Of a DNA stretch of 64,000 bases, positions 19,415 to 27,632 are shown one piece after another. The notes beneath the pieces are model-generated. The model ran no database searches. It was not told where the DNA came from and saw only the letters and a list, made by a program, of their open reading frames with translations. The position numbers were made by a program, and so were the translations under genes. Each line of letters starts with the position of its first letter. Positions within the stretch are counted from its first letter, which is position 1. Source of the DNA: an uncultured Bifidobacteriaceae bacterium (lineage in GTDB: Bacteria > Acidobacteriota > Vicinamibacteria > Vicinamibacterales > UBA2999); the NCBI GenBank assembly GCA_964535675.1, contig CAZHTD010000001.1:69700-133699 (forward strand), read 5' to 3'.

Positions 19415-19858
19415 ATGCAAACGGGCGATGTTCGAAAGCACGTGCAGCAGGTGCAGCGCCTAGTCCGCCTGCCGGCCGACGAGCGGCGTGCGCGCAAGGC
19501 CGCCGCCGAGGAGGCATGGGCCACGCTCCTGCGACGGGTCGCCACGCCGCTGGCGCGGCAGGTGGCCGACGCGCTGCGCGCCGAAAGCATCGCCGTCACC
19601 CTGTACACGCCGAAGAGCGGCCTGCGGCTCGCGCTCGACCACCACCCCGAGGACTACGTGGAGCTCGGCCTCGACACCTCTGGCCGCACCGCCCGCGTCG
19701 TGGGGCGCACCAGCCTCTCGCGCGCGTCGCAGGTGTTCTTCGACGAGCACCCAGTCAAGCCGGGCGCCACGCCTGACGAGGTGACCGAGGACGACCTGCT
19801 GGCGTTCTTCCTTGAGGCGCTCGAGCCATGGTTCGGAAGCGCCCCCCGCGAGGACTGA
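19415..19858 (+). CDS. hypothetical protein
   Basis: 147-aa ORF with protein-like composition; no family recognised. Confidence 0.4.
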   Translation: MQTGDVRKHVQQVQRLVRLPADERRARKAAAEEAWATLLRRVATPLARQVADALRAESIAVTLYTPKSGLRLALDHHPEDYVELGLDTSGRTARVVGRTSLSRASQVFFDEHPVKPGATPDEVTEDDLLAFFLEALEPWFGSAPRED

Positions 19859-19899
19859 AGCCCCCGCGACGGGGCTTGCGCGCCCCGCCCGGCCGCCCG

Positions 19900-20298
19900 T
19901 CAGGGAACGACGCGCAGCACCCCCCGCATCATGAGCGCGTGGGGACGGCAGACGTACTCGTAGTCGCCGGGCTCGGACGGCGCCGTGAATGTGACGGTAC
20001 CCTGCTCGTCGAAGTCGAGCAGCGGAATCCCCACGCCGAGGGCAGGCACCACGAAGTCGTGCCGCATACCGCGCTCGGCGTTCCGGACCACAACGGCCAC
20101 CGTCTCACCCGCGCGCACCTCGATGATAGGGTTCGTGTGCGTGGGGTCGGCCGCCGCATGGAACGCCATGTCGTCAGCCACCAACGCGATCTCACGCACC
20201 GAGGGCGCCGAGAACACGGGCAGCAACGCGCCGATGGCCAGCACTGCCGCGAGCGCGCCGACAGCCCGGCTCGAAACCTGGCGTCCGTAGATCCTCAT
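19900..20298 (-). CDS. membrane-anchored type-1 copper protein (amicyanin/plastocyanin-like cupredoxin)
   Basis: N-terminal anchor (AVGALAAVLAIGALL), His in MRHDFVV and a CRPHALM (C-x2-H-x2-M) ligand loop. Confidence 0.65.
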   Translation of the reverse strand: MRIYGRQVSSRAVGALAAVLAIGALLPVFSAPSVREIALVADDMAFHAAADPTHTNPIIEVRAGETVAVVVRNAERGMRHDFVVPALGVGIPLLDFDEQGTVTFTAPSEPGDYEYVCRPHALMMRGVLRVVP

Positions 20299-20299
20299 T

Positions 20300-21478
20300 T
20301 CATCCCACCAACATGCCGGTGCCGTACATCACCGCGAACCCGGCCAGCAGCCCTGCCATCGACGGCCCCTGCGACAGCCACCGCACCGCCGGGCCGTCTC
20401 CAGCCACCTGCCGGATGATCTGCCCCACCACCTGCGCGATCGCCCCGACACCGAGCCCGAGGAACAGGACCGCCCACACCGGCGAGTAGACGAAGCCACC
20501 CAGCCACGCCCCGCCGATGGTCGGCACCCCGCCGACCAGTCCCAGCCGCGCGAGCGCACCGATCGGCGCGCGCCCGCCGCCGCGTGCCAGCGGCGCGACG
20601 ATGGCCAACCCCTCCGTGGTGTTGTGCAACGTGAAGCCGACGATCAGCAGCGTGCCGAGCGCCGCCTCGCCCAGCGAGAACGCGGCCCCGATGGCCAGTC
20701 CCTCGCCGAAGTTGTGCAGGCCGATGCCCAACGCGATGCACAGCGCGAGCCCCCAGCCCGGATTGCCGCCTGCCGCGTCGCGGTGCGTGCGCAGCACGCC
20801 GCCGGCCCACTCGAGGCCGAGATACGCGACCACCGCAGCCAGCACGAACAGCACCAGCCCCTGGTACGACTCGGCCAGCGCGGAGGCTGCCTCAAGGCCA
20901 TCGCCAGCCCCGTCGACGAACAGGAACGCCAGCAGCCCCACGGTCAGTGCCAGCAGGAAGGCCGTCCCCTGCTCGGACAACCGGGCGAGAAACGGAAACC
21001 ACAGCAACCCGATGGCCACCGGCAGCACGCCCACGTAGAGGCCAATCAGCGTGAACACCGCGAAGTACCGCGCGCTCGGCGCAGGCGTTTCCACCGCCAC
21101 GCCCACCTCATACTCAAAGGTGGCGCCGGTCGAAGTGAGCACCTTCACCAAGTGCAGCTCTCCATCTACCCACGGGTACGGAATGCGCAGTGTGGTCCGA
21201 TCGAGGTGTCCGAGCGCCGGGCTGTCCTCGACCGTGAAATTCCAGAACGCCTCGTCCACCTGCACCTGTGCGATGGTCAACTCATCGGGCCCGTCGTTGA
21301 GAACGGTCGCGACAATAGCGTTCGGCTCGAGCACCACGCGTTGGAACGTCAGCACCTCGACCGGCGGGTAGTCGCCGCGCACAGCGTCAGCCGGCCCCCA
21401 CCACACCAGCACGGCCAGCAAGGCGCCAAGCGGCACCAGCGGCACAAGCGCCCGCACCCAGCCGTGGCCCTCAGGCAC
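20300..21478 (-). CDS. ZIP-family divalent metal permease with extra N-terminal TM + soluble domain
   Basis: HNFGEGLAIG and HNTTEGLAIV ZIP signatures in the C-terminal half. A GTG at 21478 overlaps the upstream stop by 8 nt; the ORF is open to 21598. Confidence 0.8.
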   Translation of the reverse strand: MPEGHGWVRALVPLVPLGALLAVLVWWGPADAVRGDYPPVEVLTFQRVVLEPNAIVATVLNDGPDELTIAQVQVDEAFWNFTVEDSPALGHLDRTTLRIPYPWVDGELHLVKVLTSTGATFEYEVGVAVETPAPSARYFAVFTLIGLYVGVLPVAIGLLWFPFLARLSEQGTAFLLALTVGLLAFLFVDGAGDGLEAASALAESYQGLVLFVLAAVVAYLGLEWAGGVLRTHRDAAGGNPGWGLALCIALGIGLHNFGEGLAIGAAFSLGEAALGTLLIVGFTLHNTTEGLAIVAPLARGGGRAPIGALARLGLVGGVPTIGGAWLGGFVYSPVWAVLFLGLGVGAIAQVVGQIIRQVAGDGPAVRWLSQGPSMAGLLAGFAVMYGTGMLVG

Positions 21479-22523
21479 CGACGGCCTCCTCGGCGCGGAA
21501 CAGGCCCATCCACCCCAGCTCGGCAAACTCGCTCTGGTGCGCGTGGAACATGTAGTCGCCCGGATAGCGGAAGGTGACGTCGAGGATCGCCCGCTCACCT
21601 TGGCAGAGCATCACCGTGTCGGTGTGCTCGGTCGTTGTCAGCGACGTGCCCGTGCGGTAGACGTCGAAGAACACTGCGTGCAGGTGGAAGCTATTGATCG
21701 GGTCCGACTCGGTAGCGTTGATCAGGTAGATGCGCACGGGCCGACCGACGGTCACGCGCACGGGCTCGTGCATGTGCGCGTTAGCCACGCTGTTGACCGC
21801 GTAGACCTCGTTCTCGCCGTCGAAGTTGGTGTCGAAGCCGTTCATCACCATCACCAGTTCGTCGGCCTCTGGGCGTCCGCCGCTCGAGAGGTGCGGATCC
21901 ACGATGTACGCGCCGTAGAGGCCCTTGTGGAGATGCCGCTTCAGCGGCACGGTGTGACAGTGATAGAGGTGCAGGCCGAACGGCTCGGCATCAAACTCGT
22001 AGACGAACGTCTCGCCAGGGGCCACGTCCTGCCCTGGGAGCGACCCATCCATCGCGGGCGGGTGCCAGCCGTGGAAGTGGATCGTGTGCGGATGCGTCCC
22101 CTGGTTCTGGAAGGTCACGCGGATACGATCGCCCACGGTCGCACGGATCGTGGGCCCAGGCACCTGACCGTTGTAGGTCCACGCCGGAAAGAAGATGCCG
22201 GGTGCGATCTCGATCTCGCGGTCAGCCGCGAAGAACTCGTACTCGCGCAGCAACGAACCATCGGGGCGCACGGACTCGCGGTAGAAGCGACTGCGCTCGT
22301 CAGCTGGCAGGTCGGAGAAGTTCCACGCGCGGAGGAACGCCGTGGGGTCGAAGTCCTCAGTCGACACCCGTCCGATCGGCCCCATCGCGTGCACCTCGGC
22401 CATGCCCGGCATGGCCACCGTCTCGGTAGGCATCTGCCCGAACAGGCGCGCTCCGGCGTTCAACCCGCCTACCAGCGAGCCGAACCCAGCCGCCCGCAGC
22501 CACGTGCGTCGGTCAATCGACAT
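21471..22523 (-). CDS. Tat-exported two-domain multicopper protein (NirK-like copper nitrite reductase / MCO family)
   Basis: Twin-arginine leader SIDRRTWLRAAG; HTIHFHG, LYHCHTVPLKRH and FHAHQSEFAELG motifs resembling NirK HNIDFH, YHC...H and HNLIEAFELG. Confidence 0.8.
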   Translation of the reverse strand: MSIDRRTWLRAAGFGSLVGGLNAGARLFGQMPTETVAMPGMAEVHAMGPIGRVSTEDFDPTAFLRAWNFSDLPADERSRFYRESVRPDGSLLREYEFFAADREIEIAPGIFFPAWTYNGQVPGPTIRATVGDRIRVTFQNQGTHPHTIHFHGWHPPAMDGSLPGQDVAPGETFVYEFDAEPFGLHLYHCHTVPLKRHLHKGLYGAYIVDPHLSSGGRPEADELVMVMNGFDTNFDGENEVYAVNSVANAHMHEPVRVTVGRPVRIYLINATESDPINSFHLHAVFFDVYRTGTSLTTTEHTDTVMLCQGERAILDVTFRYPGDYMFHAHQSEFAELGWMGLFRAEEAVGA

Positions 22524-22603
22524 TTTTGACTCTTCAAAACTAGGTGTTGACCATGCCAAAGTCAAGGTCTTGGGGCCACAAACTTCAGCTACACTAGCGT
22601 CCC

Positions 22604-23275
22604 ATGGCGACGTCGAGCACCGTCGAGAACTATCTGAAGGCCATCTACCAGGGGGGTACGACCCTCCCCGAGCAGCGTCTGCTACCCATGGGCCAACTGG
22701 CGTCGGCGCTCGCCGTAGCCCCGGGCACGGCCACAGCCATGGTCAAGACATTGGCCGAGTCGGGACTAGTCGAGTACGAGCCCTACTCCGGCGTGGCGCT
22801 CACCCCCGCCGGTCACAAGCTGGCCGCGCTCGTGGTCCGGCGGCACCGCCTGATCGAACTCTTCCTGGTCGAGGTGATGGGTTACCGCTGGGACGAGGTG
22901 CACGACGAGGCCGAGCAGCTCGAGCACGCGGTCTCGGACCGCCTGGTCGACCGGATGGACGAAATGCTCGGGCGACCGGAAGCCGACCCCCACGGCGATC
23001 CCATCCCCGGGCCCGACGGCATGTTCAAGCCGCGCGACTCGCAGACCCTGCTCACCTGCCCCCTGCACACGCCCGTCACGGTGACCCGCGTGATCGATCA
23101 GAACCGCGATTTCCTGCGGTTCGTCGAGCAGCACGCCCTCATGCCAGGCACCGCGATCGAGATCGAGGCACGCGACGCAGCCGGCGACAGCGTGCGCGTA
23201 AAGACCCCCGGCGCCCACGTAATCACTATCGGAACTCGCGCAGCCTCGAAACTGCTGGTGCGGTGGCACACCTGA
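22604..23275 (+). CDS. DtxR/IdeR/MntR-family metal-dependent transcriptional regulator with C-terminal FeoA/SH3-like domain
   Basis: STVENYLKAIY N-terminus, wHTH, RRHRLIELFL dimerisation helix, metal-site region EVHDEAEQLEH. Confidence 0.85.
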   Translation: MATSSTVENYLKAIYQGGTTLPEQRLLPMGQLASALAVAPGTATAMVKTLAESGLVEYEPYSGVALTPAGHKLAALVVRRHRLIELFLVEVMGYRWDEVHDEAEQLEHAVSDRLVDRMDEMLGRPEADPHGDPIPGPDGMFKPRDSQTLLTCPLHTPVTVTRVIDQNRDFLRFVEQHALMPGTAIEIEARDAAGDSVRVKTPGAHVITIGTRAASKLLVRWHT

Positions 23276-23402
23276 TGCCATCTGGGCACTTCCCGCCGGG
23301 GCCCCGCCGCTCGGTGGTACGACGGTGCAGTGGCACACCCCGAGTCGTCCTCGATCCTCGGAGCGGCTTGACGCCGCTCCTTGAATTCATTGCGCTGGAC
23401 GG

Positions 23403-24062
23403 TTACGGCGCGGACTCTGCCAAGGTTTCGAGGGCCTGGACAAGCTCGCCCGTACTGCCCGCGACACCGATTCCGTCCCCGACCTTGCCGTCCTCGAACG
23501 CGCTGAACCCGAAGCCGTACGAGACGATGCAGCATCGCGTGCCGGCACGCCGGGCCGTCTCGACGTCGCTCGGCGAATCGCCCACCAGCACGGTCGTGGC
23601 CGGCGCTGCGTGGTGCGTCTCGATCAGGTACTGCAGGCCCTCTGGATCCGGCTTACGCGCGAACGGCCCGTCGCCTCCCACGATCTCGACGAAATGGTGG
23701 CGCAGGCCGAGGACCTCGAGGATCCACTCGGCGGGCTTGCGGGGCTTGTTGGTGAGCACCGCGCGCGCGTGCCCCGACAGCTGGGCCAGCACGTGCGGCA
23801 CGCCCGGATACGGCTTGGTCGTCTTCACCAGGCGCGTGTCGTAGATCTCGAGGAAACGGGAGAGCCCATCTTCATCCGCCTCCAGTCCCGAAGCGGCGAA
23901 CGTGCGCCGCACGAGCTGCACAGCGCCGTCACCGATCATTTGCGTCACCGTCTCCAGATCCAAGGGCGCGCCGCCACGCTCGGCGAGCAGCTGGTTGGCC
24001 GACTCGGCCAAGTCACGCCGCGAGTCGATCAGTGTGCCATCGAGGTCGAAGACGATCAGCAC
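23403..24062 (-). CDS. HAD-superfamily hydrolase (phosphoglycolate phosphatase-like)
   Basis: DLDGTLIDS motif I, TNKP motif II, GDSPSD motif IV. Confidence 0.75.
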   Translation of the reverse strand: MLIVFDLDGTLIDSRRDLAESANQLLAERGGAPLDLETVTQMIGDGAVQLVRRTFAASGLEADEDGLSRFLEIYDTRLVKTTKPYPGVPHVLAQLSGHARAVLTNKPRKPAEWILEVLGLRHHFVEIVGGDGPFARKPDPEGLQYLIETHHAAPATTVLVGDSPSDVETARRAGTRCCIVSYGFGFSAFEDGKVGDGIGVAGSTGELVQALETLAESAP

Positions 24063-24070
24063 GGACCGGC

Positions 24071-24472
24071 TCAGCCCGAGAACGTGGCCCGCGACGTGGG
24101 CGTTTCCCAGACGGTCACGCGCACGACGTGCAGGCCCTCACCCCGCGCGGTTTCGTAGATTAGGCTGGCGATCCGCTCCACGGTCGGGTTGCTGTCAAGG
24201 ACGTAGACAGGCTCGCCGAGTCCGCGCAGCGGTTCGACGAGTGGATCGTCGTGGCGCAGGATCATCTTATGGTCGAGCTCGCGGTCGATCCAACCCTTGA
24301 CCACGCGCTTGATGTCACTGAAGTCCACGACCATGTTCCGCCGATCGAGCGCGTCGGTACGCACTTCGATCTCAACCACGGCGTTGTGCCCGTGCGGGTG
24401 TTTGCAGATGCCATCGTAGTCGAGCAGTCGATGACCGTAGCAGAAATCGATGCGCTTGGTGACCGAGTACAT
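24071..24472 (-). CDS. queD: 6-carboxytetrahydropterin synthase QueD
   Basis: FCYGHRL...CKHPHGHN motif, 133 aa. Confidence 0.9.
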   Translation of the reverse strand: MYSVTKRIDFCYGHRLLDYDGICKHPHGHNAVVEIEVRTDALDRRNMVVDFSDIKRVVKGWIDRELDHKMILRHDDPLVEPLRGLGEPVYVLDSNPTVERIASLIYETARGEGLHVVRVTVWETPTSRATFSG

Positions 24473-24504
24473 GGGGAGTTGCCGATAATCTTAGCAGCCG
24501 GGGA

Positions 24505-25185
24505 GTGATGACACGGGACGCGCAGACGGCGGTGCTGGCATCGTCCGGGCTCGACAGCGTGGTGCTGCTGGCGGCCGAGGCCCGGACAGCCCGGGTGCAC
24601 CCGATCTATGTCCGCGCCAGCTTCGCCTGGGAACCGGCCGAGATCGTGACGCTCGAGCGCGTGCTCGCGAGGGCACCGCTGGCCGGCCGGACCGAGGCAC
24701 CGGCCATCCTGTCGGCGCCAGCCAACGACCTATATCCGGCGGAGCACTGGGCGCGTACGGGACACGCGCCCGCATTCGATACACCTGACGAGGACGTGTA
24801 TCTCCCCGGGCGCAACATCATGCTGATCGCCAAGGCGGCGGTGCTGTGCGCGAACCGCGGGATCGGCCGCCTCGCGCTCGGGCCACTCGCCGGGAACCCC
24901 TTTCCGGACGCCACGCCGGAGTTCTTCACCGCCATGGGGCGTGCCGTATCGCTCGGGCTGGCGCACGAGATCGCCCTAGTCACCCCGCTGGCCGGCATGC
25001 GGAAGGCAGAGGCCATCCGGCTGGGCCTCGAGCTGGGCGTGCCGCTGGAGGCAACGCTGTCGTGCATGAGCCCCGAGTCGGGCAGCCATTGCGGGCGGTG
25101 CAGCAAGTGCCGCGAGCGGCGTGACGCATTCGTCGGGGCGGGCGTCGAGGACCCCACGGTATACGCGCAGCCACCACTGCGCTAG
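24505..25185 (+). CDS. queC: 7-cyano-7-deazaguanine synthase QueC
   Basis: SSGLDS PP-loop, LPGRN, C-terminal zinc cluster CMSPESGSHCGRCSKCRER. Confidence 0.9.
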   Translation: MMTRDAQTAVLASSGLDSVVLLAAEARTARVHPIYVRASFAWEPAEIVTLERVLARAPLAGRTEAPAILSAPANDLYPAEHWARTGHAPAFDTPDEDVYLPGRNIMLIAKAAVLCANRGIGRLALGPLAGNPFPDATPEFFTAMGRAVSLGLAHEIALVTPLAGMRKAEAIRLGLELGVPLEATLSCMSPESGSHCGRCSKCRERRDAFVGAGVEDPTVYAQPPLR

Positions 25186-25616
25186 TCCAGCCCTTCCCAG
25201 TCGACGTGGATGTGCAACTTCCGTCGCTTGAGCGGGAGCGCGGGCACCGTCCCGTCGCCATCGCTGCGGTCGAAGACCTCTTCGTGCACGCGGCGCAGCA
25301 GACGGCTGAGCGCCCGCTCGCCGGGGGCCGCCAGCACGATCACGCCGGGGCTGTGCGATACGGGGAACTGCCGGTCGTCGAGATAATCTCGGTCGAGGGT
25401 GATCAAGGTGCGCCCGAGCTGCCGCGCCATGTGGTAGTGCTTACCGTCGGGCGCGCGGCGGAGGTCGTCGTGCTCGACCACGAATAGCGCGTCCCAGCCG
25501 AGCCGGCGCCGCATATACGCCACCACACCCGAGGGCATGTTGGCGTCGATATACACCCGCGGCCGCCCGGCCAGCCGGTCGGCGTGAGAGCCCAGTTCCG
25601 AGGACAGCGTCCGCAT
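25182..25616 (-). CDS. DUF5615-like PIN-fold (Mut7-C type) putative toxin
   Basis: VYIDANMP...ITLDRDY...GVIVL pattern typical of DUF5615 proteins; about 20-aa N-terminal extension, so the start is uncertain. Confidence 0.5.
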   Translation of the reverse strand: MRTLSSELGSHADRLAGRPRVYIDANMPSGVVAYMRRRLGWDALFVVEHDDLRRAPDGKHYHMARQLGRTLITLDRDYLDDRQFPVSHSPGVIVLAAPGERALSRLLRRVHEEVFDRSDGDGTVPALPLKRRKLHIHVDWEGLD

Positions 25617-25782
25617 GGCCCGGCCCGGGGGAACCCACCGCCTCCCCCCGCCAGTAGCTTAGCGTGTCCGCTGGTCAGACGCATGACGACATGGGACTCT
25701 AGACGACAGACAACAGCGACCCTACAGCATGTCAGACAACTGCCAAGAGTCTGTGCGGTCATGCCGATTCATTTTCCTGCCT

Positions 25783-26035
25783 GACGCACTAGCTCGCCCG
25801 GGCTGGCCGACTCGAGTCGGAGGTGCTGCTGCGCGTGCTCGATCTCAACGACTGCAAGGCGATCAACGACAGCCTACGGCCACTAGGTGGGCGACTACGC
25901 GCTGCGCGACATCGCCACTCGCGCTGCACAGCGCCAACCGCGCGTATGACATCTATCTACACGAGTCAGCGGCAGACGGTGCGCGCCGTGGGCGGCGACA
26001 AGCCAACGGCCGAGGTCACCGAGAAGCTGACGTGA
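25783..26035 (+). pseudogene. GGDEF (diguanylate cyclase) domain remnant
   Basis: LLRVLDLNDCKAINDS, then a 1-nt shift, then YGH-TAG-VGDYALRDIA, then a further shift to VRAVGGDK. This follows the GGDEF order (LDxDhFKxINDxyGHxxGDxxL ... GGDEF) but carries an in-frame stop and frameshifts. Confidence 0.45.
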
Positions 26036-26101
26036 CGCCGCAGTCGCCGGCCGATCGCGCCTGATCAGTGCCGCCACACCGGGCTGTTACACTCGTCGGC
26101 T

Positions 26102-26836
26102 GTGTCCCGGCTCGCTCCCATTGCCGACGTCCAGGCAGCCACCCCCCGATCCCGTCTTTTGCGTCTTGATCTCGGCACGCCGCCGTTCACCTTCCGCGCG
26201 GGACAGGCCGTGCTGCTCGGCGCCCGCGGCGCGGCACAGCGCTGGCCCTTCTCAATCGCCAGCTCGCCCGAGCAGGCTGCCCTGACGGGCAGGGTCGAGA
26301 TCCTGCTGGCGCTGACCGACGAGGGAACCTCGCCCAACTTGCCGTTGGCCGCGGGCGCCGAGCTCGACCTCGCGGGCCCGCTCGGCAATTTCACGCTGCT
26401 GGACGCCCCCGAGGGGCACCGGCTGCTATTTGTCGCGGGCGGCACGGGCATCGCGCCGCTACGCTCGATGATCGACCACGCTCTCCGTACGCTCCCCTCG
26501 CACCCGGTGTCGTTGCTCTACAGCGCACGGCAGCCCGACGAGTTCGCCTTCATCGGCGAACTGCAGGCGCATGCGGCAGGCGGGCGACTCGAGTTGCACC
26601 AGACGGTGACACGCGACGTGCCTGGCTCGTGGCAGGGGAAGACGGGACGCATCGACCAGTCACACTTTAGCGACGTGCTGCACGACCCGGCGGTAACGCA
26701 GAGCTTCATCTGCGGGCCGCCGACGATGGTGCGCGAGTCGCTTGACACGCTACAGCGGTTGGGCGTGCCGCTCTCACAGATTCATTTCGAGCAGTGGGAC
26801 GTGCCTGTCACCTCAGCCCCGGCTACATGCCGGTGA
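26102..26836 (+). CDS. ferredoxin-NADP reductase-like FAD/NAD(P)-binding oxidoreductase
   Basis: RWPFSIAS (RxYS-like FAD motif), GGTGIAP NAD(P) motif, C-terminal FICGPPTM. Confidence 0.7.
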   Translation: MSRLAPIADVQAATPRSRLLRLDLGTPPFTFRAGQAVLLGARGAAQRWPFSIASSPEQAALTGRVEILLALTDEGTSPNLPLAAGAELDLAGPLGNFTLLDAPEGHRLLFVAGGTGIAPLRSMIDHALRTLPSHPVSLLYSARQPDEFAFIGELQAHAAGGRLELHQTVTRDVPGSWQGKTGRIDQSHFSDVLHDPAVTQSFICGPPTMVRESLDTLQRLGVPLSQIHFEQWDVPVTSAPATCR

Positions 26837-27587
26837 CATGGTACCCGGCATCCACCATCAGCACCTCGCCGGTTACGCCCTTGCCAGCATCACTCAGCAG
26901 GAACGCGGCGGCGTCAGCCACCTCGCCAGCCTCCACCGTACGGCGGAGGGGGGCACGGTTGCGGTAAATGTCGAGGATGGAGGAAAAGCCCGCGATCCCC
27001 GAGGCGGCCAGCGTCTTGAGCGGCCCAGCCGAGAGCGCATTCACACGGATGCCACGCGGGCCGAGGTCAGCGGCTAGGTAGCGAACCGACGCCTCGAGGG
27101 CCGCCTTGGCCACGCCCATCACGTTGTAGTTCTGGAACACGCGCTCGCTGCCGAGGTAGCTGAGCGTAAGCACGCTGCCCCCGCCCCGTGCATCCATCAG
27201 TGGCGCCGCACCGCGGGCGAGCGCGATCAGCGAGTAGGCGGATACGTCGAGCGCCACGCGGAATCCCTCGCGGCTGGTCATCGAGAACGGCGACGACAGG
27301 TCGTTGCGCTTGGCGAACGCAGCCCCGTGCACAACGAAGTCGAGGCCGCCGAACTCCTCGCCGATGCGCGCGAAGACCGCGTCGATCGCTTCGTCGGAGG
27401 TGACATCGCACGGCAGGAGCATCGGCGGCTGCGGCAACGTGGCGCCGAGAGCGCCGACGTTCTTTTCGAATCGCTCCTGGTAGGTGAGAGCGAGGCGTGC
27501 GCCTGCGGCTCGCTCGGCGATCGCCCATGCGATCGACCGCTTGTTCGCCACGCCGACGATGAGACCGTACTTGTGTGTGAGATCCAT
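26823..27587 (-). CDS. fabI: enoyl-[acyl-carrier-protein] reductase FabI
   Basis: GVANKRSIAWAIA N-terminus, SYLGSERVFQNYNVMGVAKAALE catalytic Y/K region. Confidence 0.9.
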   Translation of the reverse strand: MDLTHKYGLIVGVANKRSIAWAIAERAAGARLALTYQERFEKNVGALGATLPQPPMLLPCDVTSDEAIDAVFARIGEEFGGLDFVVHGAAFAKRNDLSSPFSMTSREGFRVALDVSAYSLIALARGAAPLMDARGGGSVLTLSYLGSERVFQNYNVMGVAKAALEASVRYLAADLGPRGIRVNALSAGPLKTLAASGIAGFSSILDIYRNRAPLRRTVEAGEVADAAAFLLSDAGKGVTGEVLMVDAGYHVTGM

Positions 27588-27632
27588 GACCCGTGGTGAG
27601 AGGAGGCGGCCAGCGATGCCTGAACTCGCGCC

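Noticed and set aside
22524-22603. Inverted repeat TTGACcatgccaaaGTCAA and a nearby TAGGTGTTGACC in the DtxR/copper-operon spacer, considered as a DtxR/MntR operator.
   Set aside because: Only 5-bp arms with a 9-nt spacer, and only half of the TWAGGTTAGSCTAACCTWA consensus is matched. Too weak to annotate as a feature; it is kept as a check under the operon finding.
25729-26064. The 111-aa and 70-aa plus-strand ORFs in the 25.7-26.1 kb gap, considered as real genes.
   Set aside because: They are better explained as frames crossing a degraded GGDEF domain. There is no start context, and the domain order requires frame changes and a stop.
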